Made by a program: the position numbers and the translations under genes
In this document: positions 39,296 to 48,743 of the stretch, one piece after another
Layout: every line of letters starts with the position of its first letter
How positions within the stretch are numbered: the stretch's first letter is position 1
Assembly (NCBI GenBank): GCA_963799485.1
Contig: CAWCXJ010000008.1
Coordinates: 128,001-192,000 of the forward strand
Length of the DNA stretch: 64,000 nucleotides
Source: an uncultured Trueperaceae bacterium
Lineage (GTDB): Bacteria; Deinococcota; Deinococci; Deinococcales; Trueperaceae
Direction: 5' to 3'
The notes under the pieces: model-generated
What the model saw: the letters and a program-made list of their open reading frames with translations, nothing else
Told to the model about the DNA's origin: nothing
The model's database searches: none

Positions 39296-39866
39296 ATGTA
39301 CAGAACTCTGCTTTTACTCATCCTGGTTACGGTAAGCATCTCCGGTTGCAGAAATGCCTCAAGGCGCGACGAAGTAGATTTCCCAAGGACTCACCCTGCA
39401 GCAATTTATGAAAAACGCAGCTTCCAAAGACTATCTTTACGCGCAAGCTGTTATAGCTTCCGGTCTGATTGACGACTTGGGAGAAAAAGACTTTCCTCTT
39501 ACGCTGATAGATGTTTACGAAGAAAAGGCACTCAAGACCTACATTGCGGAACAGGGGTTGACCGAAGAGGAATTTCTAGCCCACCCGAAGCTGCGCGGCT
39601 TCCTGGAGCAGCACCTCATTCCAGGCTATGTTGACCTCATCAAGATTCGTAGTACGCCAAATGGTCGTTTTGTCTACACCTCGGCTGCCGGTTCCGAAAT
39701 CGTCTTTACCACCGGAGAAGACCTTACACAAACGCCTGATAATCTCAACGTTGCCGAAGCTAATGGTGTTCCCTTCAATCCATACTGTTCTGGAGAAGGT
39801 GAAGAGGGTGGACAGCTTTGCTACGCTGTCGCGCCCATTGTTCAGGATTTCGACTGGTCACGATAG
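39296..39866 (+). pseudogene. fasciclin (FAS1)-like lipoprotein split by a frameshift near 39411-39415
   Basis: signal peptide/lipobox ISGC in 39296-39472 frame; SGLIDDL..FLEQHLIPG domain in 39408-39866 frame. Confidence 0.65.
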
Positions 39867-39889
39867 TTTTCTAACGTGAGTTTTAGGGA

Positions 39890-39924
39890 AGGCTCGAGGC
39901 TCCGGCGGTCTCGAGCCTCTTTTT
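39890..39924 (+). terminator. terminator built from two CTCGAG palindromes
   Basis: aggctcgaggc..gtctcgagcct + T-run. Confidence 0.75.
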
Positions 39925-40919
39925 TACCTCGAGACCGACCCCGGGCCCCCCTTGCCCGATTTGTGGTAGACCTCTTGCGTCCCGCCTGAGAGTTCCCCCC
40001 ACGTCACCTGTTCGTCCAGGGTTATCACCTTCACCGGGCATGAGGCCACGCACGCGTTACAACCGTTGCAGCGGTCAGGATGAAGCTTCAAGACGCCGCC
40101 GCCGCCGTCTTTGACGGGCGTTAGTTCACGCTCAAAGGCGTCGGTCGGGCAGACATTGGTGCAAACCGGGCACATGATGCAGCCCTCGTGAACGCGCGGC
40201 AAAATCCACGGCACCTGCGTTTCGGGTTCCGGTTTTGCGGCGCGGATGGTTAACAGCCGACGCTCGAGTTCTATCGGCACGCCTTTGGCCTCGGCTTCGG
40301 TCTCACCGAAAATCTCTAGCGGCGCGAGCAGGTCGGCAGAAAACCGCTGTGTGCCGCGCACCCCGCCGCGTAAGAGCTCGCGGCGGCTGAGCGTGTCGGG
40401 GTTGTCGGTGGTGTCATAACGCGTTTCTTGCAGCACTTCGGTCAAAAGGGTGCGCCCGCGTACTTGGGCGAGGGCTCGAGCCTTCCCCAGCAGCGCGTCG
40501 ACCCGTTCCGGAACCTCGGCGCTACCGATTTTGCAGTCCTTACAGTCGTTTCTGACCATCGTCACCTTGTCTTTACGGCTCGCCAAACGCAGTACGTCGG
40601 TGGCTTGCAGCCGGGTTAGGCACTGCACACTCTGCGCCGAACCGCGCACCTGCGAACACTTGACCGGTGCGCCGGGTTGAAAAACCGGACTGCTCCTAAG
40701 TGCCTGCGACGGGCACGCCTGCACGCAGAGCCCGCAACCGGTACAGTCGATCTCGTCGATTTCGACCTGCCGGGTGATGGTGATAGCCTGATGCGGGCAG
40801 ACGTCTTTACAGACCGAGCAGCCGCCGACCGTGCGGGTGACGACCAAACAGTGTTCCGGCGTATAGGTAGGCTGGATATTGGTCGCCTTGACGATGAAGT
40901 TGAGCAGTTTATCGAACAC
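39924..40919 (-). CDS. 4Fe-4S polyferredoxin-like protein
   Basis: several CxxCxxCxxxCP motifs. Confidence 0.88.
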   Translation of the reverse strand: MFDKLLNFIVKATNIQPTYTPEHCLVVTRTVGGCSVCKDVCPHQAITITRQVEIDEIDCTGCGLCVQACPSQALRSSPVFQPGAPVKCSQVRGSAQSVQCLTRLQATDVLRLASRKDKVTMVRNDCKDCKIGSAEVPERVDALLGKARALAQVRGRTLLTEVLQETRYDTTDNPDTLSRRELLRGGVRGTQRFSADLLAPLEIFGETEAEAKGVPIELERRLLTIRAAKPEPETQVPWILPRVHEGCIMCPVCTNVCPTDAFERELTPVKDGGGGVLKLHPDRCNGCNACVASCPVKVITLDEQVTWGELSGGTQEVYHKSGKGGPGSVSR

Positions 40920-41029
40920 TCTCTACAGTTTAGCTGAGTTGTGCCCCGCGGTTGTGTTTAGCTGAAACCTGTGCGTAACGACGCGTGAAATCATGGCAGA
41001 TCATCGGCGTATTCTTTCAGCCAAGGGTT

Positions 41030-41062
41030 GTTAGCTTTTTGTAAGACTTCATCTTCTATACT
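41030..41062 (+). promoter_or_regulatory. GTTAG-N6-GTAAG-N11-TATACT leaderless promoter of diguanylate cyclase
   Basis: same geometry; GTG start 7 nt after the -10. Confidence 0.75.
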
Positions 41063-41069
41063 GTGAGCT

Positions 41070-42071
41070 GTGCAGTTCGGGTCGTCTCACCGCAGCATCT
41101 GGCGGCAACGTGTGGTCGGCAGTTTAGTCGCGTTGCCGGTCAATGTGACGCTCTACCTCGTCGGCCTACTTCCCTTGCAGGGGCCGCAGCTGCTCATCTT
41201 TCTTGCACTTTTGGTCGTCTACGTCGGGGCGCTTTTTGCCAGAGACGGACGCAGCCCTATCGCCTGGCCGCTCTACCTTTGTGAAGCTGCCGCTTTAGCG
41301 CTGTTTATCCGTGAGACGGGCGGGACGACGAGCCCTTTTCAGGTGCTCGCCTACCCGCTCATGTTCGGTTCGGCGCTGACGCTGCTGCTTGGCGGCTTGC
41401 GCCCTGTTGTCGTACCCTGTCTCGCGCTGCTTACCGGCGCAGCTCTTGCGCTTGGTGGCTGGGGTACGGGTGGGTTTACGCTTTTCGCCCTCGTCAATAC
41501 CGTTGCCCTTACCAGCATGATCGCCGCCTTGCTGACGCTTAACCTCGAGCGCCGCACGGCGCGAACCGATCCGCTCCTGCCGATGGTGCTTAACCGCAGC
41601 GCCGGGCTCGAGCGGCTGACGGACTTGGCCGGCGGCAGAGGCGCGTTCTACCTGTCGTTTATCGATTTGGGCGGATTCAAGGAGATTAACGACACTTACG
41701 GTCATCACGTCGGCGACGAGGTGTTGTGGGCCGTGGCTGAACGTTTGCGTGCTTCGGTACGGGCGCCGGACATCGTGATGCGTTACGGGGGCGACGAGTT
41801 CGTCGTCGCGACAAAAGCTGCCATGCCGGGGGTTCGGCTTGCGAAACTTTTTGCCGTACCCGTAAAAACTTCAGCCGGGCCTATTCCGGTGCAGGTAGAT
41901 ATAGGCGACGTGCCGTATTCGCCCGGCGACGCGCTGCCTGAACTGTTGCGCCGCGCCGACCTGCTGATGTACGAGAGAAAGCGCTCACGACGCGCCGCGC
42001 CTCGTAACGTCCCGTTCGTAGTTTTGCCGAGGCCCGAAAAAGACGAGGTTAAGGCTCGCTCGCGCGTCTAA
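41070..42071 (+). CDS. membrane diguanylate cyclase
   Basis: N-terminal TMs; FKEINDTYGHHVGD, RYGGDEF. Confidence 0.9.
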   Translation: MQFGSSHRSIWRQRVVGSLVALPVNVTLYLVGLLPLQGPQLLIFLALLVVYVGALFARDGRSPIAWPLYLCEAAALALFIRETGGTTSPFQVLAYPLMFGSALTLLLGGLRPVVVPCLALLTGAALALGGWGTGGFTLFALVNTVALTSMIAALLTLNLERRTARTDPLLPMVLNRSAGLERLTDLAGGRGAFYLSFIDLGGFKEINDTYGHHVGDEVLWAVAERLRASVRAPDIVMRYGGDEFVVATKAAMPGVRLAKLFAVPVKTSAGPIPVQVDIGDVPYSPGDALPELLRRADLLMYERKRSRRAAPRNVPFVVLPRPEKDEVKARSRV

Positions 42072-42180
42072 AACCGTGCTGTACGGGGCGCAGCTGTCGG
42101 GGTCGGCGCTAAACCGTCGTCTCTCTTACACGTGCCGGTAAAAAGGGCAGCGTAGAGTTTGAGAGAAAGCGAGGCTGATT

Positions 42181-43077
42181 ATGACACAAAACCCGAATGC
42201 AGGCGCGAGCGGTACCTTTAAGCTGGGCGGCGACATAGAGGTCAACCGGCTCGGCTTTGGCGCGATGCGGCTTACCGGTGAGGGAATCTGGGGCGAACCC
42301 GACGACCGCGATGAGGCGATTCGTGTTCTTAAGCGTTTGCCCGAACTAAACGTCAACTTTATCGACACTGCCGACTCTTACGGCCCTTTCGTCAGCGAAG
42401 ACCTTATTCAAGAAGCGCTCCACCCTTACGACGGGCTCGTCGTTGCTACCAAAGGCGGCCTGACCCGGCACGGCCCTAACGTGTGGCCGCCTCTGGGTCG
42501 CCCCGAATATTTGCGGCAGTGCGTACTGATGAGCCTCCGCCGCCTGGGGCTAGAGACCATCGACCTCTGGCAACTTCACCGTATCGACGCTAAAACCGAC
42601 CGCGATGAGCAGTTTGCGGTAATTGCCGAGATGCAAGAAGAAGGGCTTATCCGCCACGTCGGACTGAGCGAAGTCAGCGTCGAAGAGATTCAGGCGGCGC
42701 AAAAACACTTTACGGTAGCGAGCGTACAAAACCTCTACAACCTCGTAACGCGTCAGAGCGAAGACGTTCTGGACTTCTGTGAAACGGAAAACATCGGCTT
42801 TATCCCGTGGTTCCCGCTCGCTTCGGGCAGCCTGGCGCAAGAGGGCAGCGTGCTCGACGACGTAGCGAAAAAACTAAACGCCTCGCCTTCGCAAGTGGCG
42901 CTTGCCTGGGTTTTGAAACGGAGTCCGGTGATGCTGCCGATCCCCGGCACCAGCAAGGTTTCACACCTGGAGGAAAACGTCGCCGCTGCGTCTTTAGAGC
43001 TGGGCGACGAAGACTTTAGCGCGCTTGATAAAGTAGGTAAGCAAGAGTCCGAACGGCAACAGCAAGACGCTGCTTAA
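42181..43077 (+). CDS. aldo/keto reductase
   Basis: [34 protein letters not shown]. Confidence 0.95.
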   Translation: MTQNPNAGASGTFKLGGDIEVNRLGFGAMRLTGEGIWGEPDDRDEAIRVLKRLPELNVNFIDTADSYGPFVSEDLIQEALHPYDGLVVATKGGLTRHGPNVWPPLGRPEYLRQCVLMSLRRLGLETIDLWQLHRIDAKTDRDEQFAVIAEMQEEGLIRHVGLSEVSVEEIQAAQKHFTVASVQNLYNLVTRQSEDVLDFCETENIGFIPWFPLASGSLAQEGSVLDDVAKKLNASPSQVALAWVLKRSPVMLPIPGTSKVSHLEENVAAASLELGDEDFSALDKVGKQESERQQQDAA

Positions 43078-43105
43078 GCTGGTTGGCTGGTTTTACCGCT
43101 ATTTT

Positions 43106-43140
43106 GGATGTGGTCCGCGCAGCGGACTACATCTTGTTTT
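43106..43140 (+). terminator. intrinsic terminator
   Basis: gatgtggtccgc-gca-gcggactacatc + ttgtttt. Confidence 0.7.
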
Positions 43141-43322
43141 ATTTAGTTGTTTTATTCAGCGTCCTAAAATCTGCACCCGACGTACAGCAGTTGAGGCACG
43201 CTTGGTCTAGCGCTACATTATGTATTGTACTATACCTAGCTATGCAGTAAGCCCGACATAAGCTCATAGAGGTTGTTACCCGGTTGGCAAAGTGGGTAAC
43301 TTAAAAACCTTTAAGGAGCCTT

Positions 43323-43916
43323 ATGCCTAAAATCGGAATCATCATCAGCACCGACCGCGATACCCGTTTCGGTGACAAACCCGCCCAATGGCTTTACGAC
43401 GCGGCGCGTAAACGGAGCGACCTCGAGTTTGAAATCGTCGACCTCCGCGACTTCCCGCTGCCTTTTTTTAACGAGGTCGCCTCGAATCTCTGGGCCCCGA
43501 CCCAAAACGAAGTCGGTATTCGCTGGCAAAACAAGCTTGCCGAGTTCGACGGGTATATCTTTGTTACCGCCGAGTACAACCACAGCGTTCCGGCGGTGCT
43601 TAAAAATGCGCTCGATTACGCCTACAACGAGTGGAACAAAAAGCCTGCAGCTTACGTCGGCTACGGTTCGGTAGGTGCAGCGCGAGCTATCGAACAGCTG
43701 CGCCTGATTCAGGTTGAGTTGCAGATGGCCCCCTTGCATAAAGGCGTTCACATTCAGGGCGGCGACTTTATGGCGGTGTGGCAGGGCGGACAGAGCCTCG
43801 AGTCCCTCACCCACCTGCAACCTGGGGTTGAAGCGATGCTCGACGAGCTGGCGTGGTGGACGAACACGCTCAAAACGGCGCGTGAGCAGCCGACGCCGGA
43901 ACTCGTCGCCAAGTAG
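43323..43916 (+). CDS. NADPH-dependent FMN reductase
   Basis: FVTAEYNHSVPAVLKNALD, EWNKKPA. Confidence 0.93.
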   Translation: MPKIGIIISTDRDTRFGDKPAQWLYDAARKRSDLEFEIVDLRDFPLPFFNEVASNLWAPTQNEVGIRWQNKLAEFDGYIFVTAEYNHSVPAVLKNALDYAYNEWNKKPAAYVGYGSVGAARAIEQLRLIQVELQMAPLHKGVHIQGGDFMAVWQGGQSLESLTHLQPGVEAMLDELAWWTNTLKTAREQPTPELVAK

Positions 43917-43941
43917 CAGCACCGAGAAAAGCAGTACTGAG

Positions 43942-43978
43942 AAAAAACGCCGAACGGCAGCTCGACCGTTCGGCGTTT
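43942..43978. terminator. bidirectional terminator
   Basis: aaacgccgaacgg..ccgttcggcgttt. Confidence 0.75.
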
Positions 43979-44019
43979 CGAGTTCTTTCTAAACAAGGTC
44001 GTATACAGCAACCGGCTAG

Positions 44020-45120
44020 CTAGAAGCCGTACACCTCATGGCGTTTTTCAGAAAGCTTGTTGTGATAGCCGGTTTCTGCCAGATATTTGTCGAACGTTTC
44101 AAAGTCAACTTGCTGCTTGTTGTCTGAAAGGGCAACCGCCGGGTTCGGATGCACCTCGATCATGATGCCGTCCGCGCCGACAGCTAACCCGGCTTTAGTC
44201 AGCGGCACGAGCAGGTCGCGGCGTCCGCCGGAGTGCGTCACATCGACCAACACGGGGAGGTGGGTCTCGAGCTTGGCTAAAGCCACCGCCGACACGTCGA
44301 GCGTGTTGCGGGTGTACTTCTCAAAGGTGCGGATACCGCGTTCGCAAAGGACGACGTTGCTGTTGCCTTCGTAAAGCAGATACTCCGCCGCCATCACCCA
44401 TTCTTCGATGGTTGCCGACAGGCCCCGTTTGAGCAGAACGGGTTTTTTGGAGCGCCCGACCGCCTTCAGGAGCGTAAAGTTTTGCATGTTGCGCGCGCCG
44501 ATCTGGAGCATGTCGGCGTATTCTATAAACGCGTCCAAGTCTTTCGCGTCCATAATTTCAGAGATAAACTCGAGGCCGTAGCGGTCGCAAACGTCGCGGC
44601 CTAATTTAAGCCCTTCGGCACCCAAACCTTGAAAACTGTAGGGGTCGGTACGCGGCTTGAACGCGCCGCCCCGTAAAAGTTTAACCCCGCGTTCAGCAAC
44701 GAACTTGGCAACTGTGTCCAGCTGCTCGGCGGATTCGATGGAACAAGGCCCGGCGACCAAAACGGGCGAATGGTGGCTGCCGATAGCTACGTCGCCCAGG
44801 TAAACCACGGTGTCGTCGGTGTGGGTTTGCCGCGAGGTCAAATACTTGACCTTATCCGAGGCATCTTCTAGCTGCATACTCGCCTGAAAAATGCTTTTGA
44901 ACAAGCTTTTGACCACGCCGTCGCTAAAAGGGCCACGGTTCGCGGCTGTCAGCGCGTCCAGCATCTCACTCTCACGTACCGGGTCGTAATGCGAGGTGCC
45001 CAGCTGAGTCTGAAGCTCACCGATCTCTTCGGCTAGGCCGGCACGTTCGGAAAGCAGCTCGAGCAGTTGCAGGTTGAGCGCGTCAATGCGGGTTCGTAAA
45101 GCTTGAATCGTCGTTTGCAA
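44020..45120 (-). CDS. bifunctional chorismate mutase / DAHP synthase (type I-beta)
   Basis: AroQ-like N-terminus LRTRID..DPVRE; AGPCSIES, GGAFKPRT, CERGIRTFE. Confidence 0.95.
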   Translation of the reverse strand: MQTTIQALRTRIDALNLQLLELLSERAGLAEEIGELQTQLGTSHYDPVRESEMLDALTAANRGPFSDGVVKSLFKSIFQASMQLEDASDKVKYLTSRQTHTDDTVVYLGDVAIGSHHSPVLVAGPCSIESAEQLDTVAKFVAERGVKLLRGGAFKPRTDPYSFQGLGAEGLKLGRDVCDRYGLEFISEIMDAKDLDAFIEYADMLQIGARNMQNFTLLKAVGRSKKPVLLKRGLSATIEEWVMAAEYLLYEGNSNVVLCERGIRTFEKYTRNTLDVSAVALAKLETHLPVLVDVTHSGGRRDLLVPLTKAGLAVGADGIMIEVHPNPAVALSDNKQQVDFETFDKYLAETGYHNKLSEKRHEVYGF

Positions 45121-45817
45121 GGGGCACCTTCTGCTGAGACACGCGCACGACGACGATGCTCAGCTCATAGAGTAAAACCAGCGGAATGGCAACGAGTGCA
45201 AAGTTCAGCGGGTCGGCTGTCGGTGTAATCACCGCCGCCAAAATGCAGCTTACAACGATTTCGTAACGCCGCACCCCGACAAGCATAGGCGCGTAGATAA
45301 GACCCAAACGCGCCAGCAAAAAGCTGATGATGGGCATCTCAAAGATAAGCCCGAAGACGCCCATGTAGAGCAAGACTTTTGAAATATAGTCACCGATGCG
45401 GGGCAGGAGTTCGACTTGACTCCCCAAAAATCCAACGATTATAGGTAACGCCAAAGGTAAAATAACGTAATAAGCAAACACAATGCCGGAACCAAAGGCC
45501 AGTACGGTGAGAAAAACGAAAGGCACAGCCCAGCGCCTTTCTTCGGGTAACAAACCCGGCGCGATAAAGCCCCAGATTTGTCCAAGGATAATAGGAGAAG
45601 CGAGTGCTAAACCGAAGAAGGCCGTGACCTGCATAGAAACGTTAAAGGGCTCGAGAATCCCCGTAGCAATCAGATTGATATTATCGGGCAGCGGTGCCCT
45701 TAACCATGCAATCAGTGGAGTACGAAAATAAAAAGCTGCCACCGCTCCTACCAACCAGCCCCCCAGGGCGATAAACAGGCGCGTTCGCAGCTCGGCGAAG
45801 TGGTCGATTAGGGTCAA
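45083..45817 (-). CDS. tatC: twin-arginine translocase TatC
   Basis: MTLIDHFAELRTRL, FIAPGL, FEMP, ITPTADP, LYE. Confidence 0.95.
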   Translation of the reverse strand: MTLIDHFAELRTRLFIALGGWLVGAVAAFYFRTPLIAWLRAPLPDNINLIATGILEPFNVSMQVTAFFGLALASPIILGQIWGFIAPGLLPEERRWAVPFVFLTVLAFGSGIVFAYYVILPLALPIIVGFLGSQVELLPRIGDYISKVLLYMGVFGLIFEMPIISFLLARLGLIYAPMLVGVRRYEIVVSCILAAVITPTADPLNFALVAIPLVLLYELSIVVVRVSQQKVPLANDDSSFTNPH

Positions 45818-45886
45818 GCGCAGTTCCTCGAGTCTAGCAAGCGGTCAACGTAACAGTTCAACACAGTAACAGACGCCGTACCGGAT

Positions 45887-46219
45887 TTAGGCTTTGACTT
45901 CTTCTTTGGCCTCATCGTGAACAGGTGAGACTTTGACCTCGGCGGACTTTACTTCAGCAGGTTGTGCTTCAGCGGCTGAAACGGTCGCTACGGACGGCGA
46001 GGTGGGCGATTCGACGATTTTCGCTTGCTTGGGCGCGGTTTGTGCGGGTTCGTCGTCGCGGTCGATGTCGTCTTTCATGTCGCGGATACCTTTGCGGAAC
46101 TCGCGCACCGACTGACCGATGCCTTTGGCCATCTCCGGCAAACGCTTGGGGCCAAACACCAACAGCACGACAACTAAGATAATAAGCAGTTCGGGTACAC
46201 CTAATGGGCCAAGTCTCAT
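45887..46219 (-). CDS. tatA: twin-arginine translocase TatA
   Basis: ELLIIL..FGPKRLPE..GQSVREFRKG. Confidence 0.93.
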   Translation of the reverse strand: MRLGPLGVPELLIILVVVLLVFGPKRLPEMAKGIGQSVREFRKGIRDMKDDIDRDDEPAQTAPKQAKIVESPTSPSVATVSAAEAQPAEVKSAEVKVSPVHDEAKEEVKA

Positions 46220-46277
46220 AACAGCCTCCTCCTATCAATTTAGCACCTCTCGGATGAGGCGCACGTTATGGAACGTT

Positions 46278-46315
46278 AAAAAAGGGGGTGTGAAGAAGCG
46301 AACCACCTCACACCC
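46278..46315 (-). terminator. terminator of ferritin-like gene
   Basis: gggtgtga..tcacaccc + T-run on minus strand. Confidence 0.65.
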
Positions 46316-46321
46316 AAAAAA

Positions 46322-47299
46322 CTAGAGCGCGAGCAGCTGACCGAAGGCGTCCTCGAGTCCTGCCGGAACCGTGATGCCGTTGGGGAAAAAACCGCCTTGA
46401 GCAGTACCATCTGCCAAGTAAACGATGTTGGCAACCTGACGAAAAGTACGTGCGAAGGCAACCGAGTTTTCGTCGGTCGGGTTGATGTTGGCTTCACCGT
46501 CAAGCACGATGCCCTGGTCTTTACCGCCGCCGACACTGCCACGCAAGTCGGAGATACCTTGCACGACGTCGGCGACCGGTAAGCCGAAGGGTGTTTGGGT
46601 CTCGCGTAAGCCGTAAAGGAGCGTGCGAATCTGACCGGCGTGGTACGCCTCGACTGCGAGGATACCGGCAGCGTTTTGCAAGACGATGGGTTTGTTCGTC
46701 ACGTAAGGAGCCGCACCGTTGTAGGCGGTTACGCCGACATCTTCAAAGATGAACGCACCGTGAAGGAAGAACAGTTCATTGGCAAAGGGATTAAAAGCAG
46801 CGGCAGTTTCGGCGTCTAGGCCGAAGGCGGCAGCAGCGGCGGCGGCGAAGGCGGGGCCGAGGTCTAGAACCGGACGGTCGGCAACGGGGGCGTTCAAAAC
46901 GTCGCCGAGCGCGGCACGTAGGAAAAGCACGTGAGCCAGCTCATCGTTGGCAATCTCGTTGGCGTAAGACGCGATTTCGGGGGTGTCGAAGGCAATTGAA
47001 GTCATCCCGTCGAAGCCGTCAGGCAAGATGATCTCGGCGTCACCACCAACGGTGTTGATTTCGTCGATGCGGCCTACAGCAGCGAGGTAGAAGGCGGCCT
47101 CGAGGTACTCCAAGTTCAGCGCGAAGTTGAGGATAGCGGGGTCGAGGTTGGTGGTGGGAGTAGGCGTGGGGTTAGGGCTGGGTTGACCGATAACGCTGCC
47201 GCCACAGGCGGTTATTACGGCTCCGGTTCCCAGCAGTCCTAAATTGGCTAACAGACGGCGACGGTCGACTTTACCCTTAAACAGCTTCTGATAATCCAT
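46322..47299 (-). CDS. ferritin-like desiccation-related protein (PCC13-62-like), Tat lipoprotein
   Basis: DRRRLL..ITAC; ILNFALNLEYLEA, FEDVGVTAY, ILAVEAYHA, GGFFPNG. Confidence 0.9.
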   Translation of the reverse strand: MDYQKLFKGKVDRRRLLANLGLLGTGAVITACGGSVIGQPSPNPTPTPTTNLDPAILNFALNLEYLEAAFYLAAVGRIDEINTVGGDAEIILPDGFDGMTSIAFDTPEIASYANEIANDELAHVLFLRAALGDVLNAPVADRPVLDLGPAFAAAAAAAFGLDAETAAAFNPFANELFFLHGAFIFEDVGVTAYNGAAPYVTNKPIVLQNAAGILAVEAYHAGQIRTLLYGLRETQTPFGLPVADVVQGISDLRGSVGGGKDQGIVLDGEANINPTDENSVAFARTFRQVANIVYLADGTAQGGFFPNGITVPAGLEDAFGQLLAL

Positions 47300-47610
47300 A
47301 ACTATCCTTGTCCTTTCAAATCTCGGTTCACACTTAAAACGCTGGAAGCTCTATAAGTGCGACCCACGCCGAGGGGTTCGTGGGATAATGTGGGCTTCCT
47401 GTTACTTATACACCCCGTAAACAAAATTGGATGAGGTATTCGGTCGCAATTGTGATAGAGAGTGTAGTTTTTTACGGGCACGCGCTTTATGTGGAATTTT
47501 ACACGCGCCCGAACACTCGTGATGGTGCCAGGGCCTTGATTGCCAAGACGGGCTGTAGCTTCGTATACTGCTAGGGCAAGACAAACTTAAAGCAAAGTGG
47601 AGGTTGACGG

Positions 47611-48699
47611 ATGAAGCGTCGGGATTTTCTCAAAAAGTCCGGAGTTATAGCGGCGAGTAGCGCCTTTTCGCCTTTGATGTTTGCGAGCGCGCAGGGGAGT
47701 ATTCGCCTCGAGATGGTCAGCTCGTTCCCGTCGTCGCTGGATATTATTTACGGCGGCGGCGAGTCGGTCGCGCAAAACTTAAAGGATTTGACCAACGGTG
47801 AGGTCGAGGTGACGGTCTACCCGGCAGGCGCGCAGATAGGCGGTTTGGAGGTCTACGACGCCGTGTCTTCGGGGGCGTTCGCCCTCGGACACAGCGCCTC
47901 GTACTACTACACGGGCCGCGACCTCGCACACGCGTTTTTTGCCGCCGTACCTTTTGGTTTGACGGCGCAGCAGCACGACGCCTGGATTATCGCCGGGGGC
48001 GGGCAAGAGCTGTGGGACGAGATCAACGCGCGCGACAACCTCATCGCCTTTGCTGCGGGCAATACCGGCACCCAGATGGGCGGCTGGTTTCGCCGCGAAA
48101 TCAACACGCCCGAAGACCTGCGCGGCCTGACCATGCGGATTCCGGGTTTCGGCGGTGAGGTCATGTCCCGCGCCGGGGTCAACGTGCAAAACCTGCCGGG
48201 CGGTGAAATCTTCCTGGCCCTCGACACCGGCGTCATCGACGCGACCGAGTGGGTCGGCCCCTACGACGACGAAATCCTGGGCTTAAATCAGGCTGCACCC
48301 TACTATTACAGCCCGGGTTGGCACGAACCCGGCGCGACGCTCTGCTTATACGTCAACCTGGATACCTTTAACGGGTTCCCGCCGGAAATTCAGGCCGCTG
48401 TGCGGCTCGCGGCGAGCGCTGCCAACAAAACGATGCTCGCACGTTACGACGCCGCCAACGGCCCGGCCCTGCAACGTTTGCTAGATTCCGGCACCGAACT
48501 CCGGAGCTTTTCGCCGGAAATTTTGAGTGTGCTCGAGGGTCACATGGCGGACGTTCACACGGCAAATACCGAGGGTAACGAGTTTTACGCGCGGACTTTA
48601 GAGAGCTTCAGCACCTTCCGCGACAGTGTAAGGGCGTGGCACAAGCAGGCGGAGTACGCCTTTCAAAACTTTATCTATACCCAAGAAGAGCAGAGTTAA
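47611..48699 (+). CDS. dctP: TRAP transporter substrate-binding protein (DctP/TakP family)
   Basis: Tat signal KRRDFL; GNTGTQMGGWF, MRIPG, DATEWVGP, YYSPGWHEP. Confidence 0.93.
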   Translation: MKRRDFLKKSGVIAASSAFSPLMFASAQGSIRLEMVSSFPSSLDIIYGGGESVAQNLKDLTNGEVEVTVYPAGAQIGGLEVYDAVSSGAFALGHSASYYYTGRDLAHAFFAAVPFGLTAQQHDAWIIAGGGQELWDEINARDNLIAFAAGNTGTQMGGWFRREINTPEDLRGLTMRIPGFGGEVMSRAGVNVQNLPGGEIFLALDTGVIDATEWVGPYDDEILGLNQAAPYYYSPGWHEPGATLCLYVNLDTFNGFPPEIQAAVRLAASAANKTMLARYDAANGPALQRLLDSGTELRSFSPEILSVLEGHMADVHTANTEGNEFYARTLESFSTFRDSVRAWHKQAEYAFQNFIYTQEEQS

Positions 48700-48715
48700 A
48701 CCGGGTTCAAGTTGT

Positions 48716-48743
48716 AAAAAGGCTCTCTTTCGGGAGCCTTTTT
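48716..48743. terminator. bidirectional terminator
   Basis: aaaaaggctctc-tttc-gggagccttttt. Confidence 0.8.

Noticed and set aside
43247..43280. GTAAG-N6-ATAAG as another regulon site
   Set aside because: N6 is GC-rich and no TANNNT follows at 11 nt.
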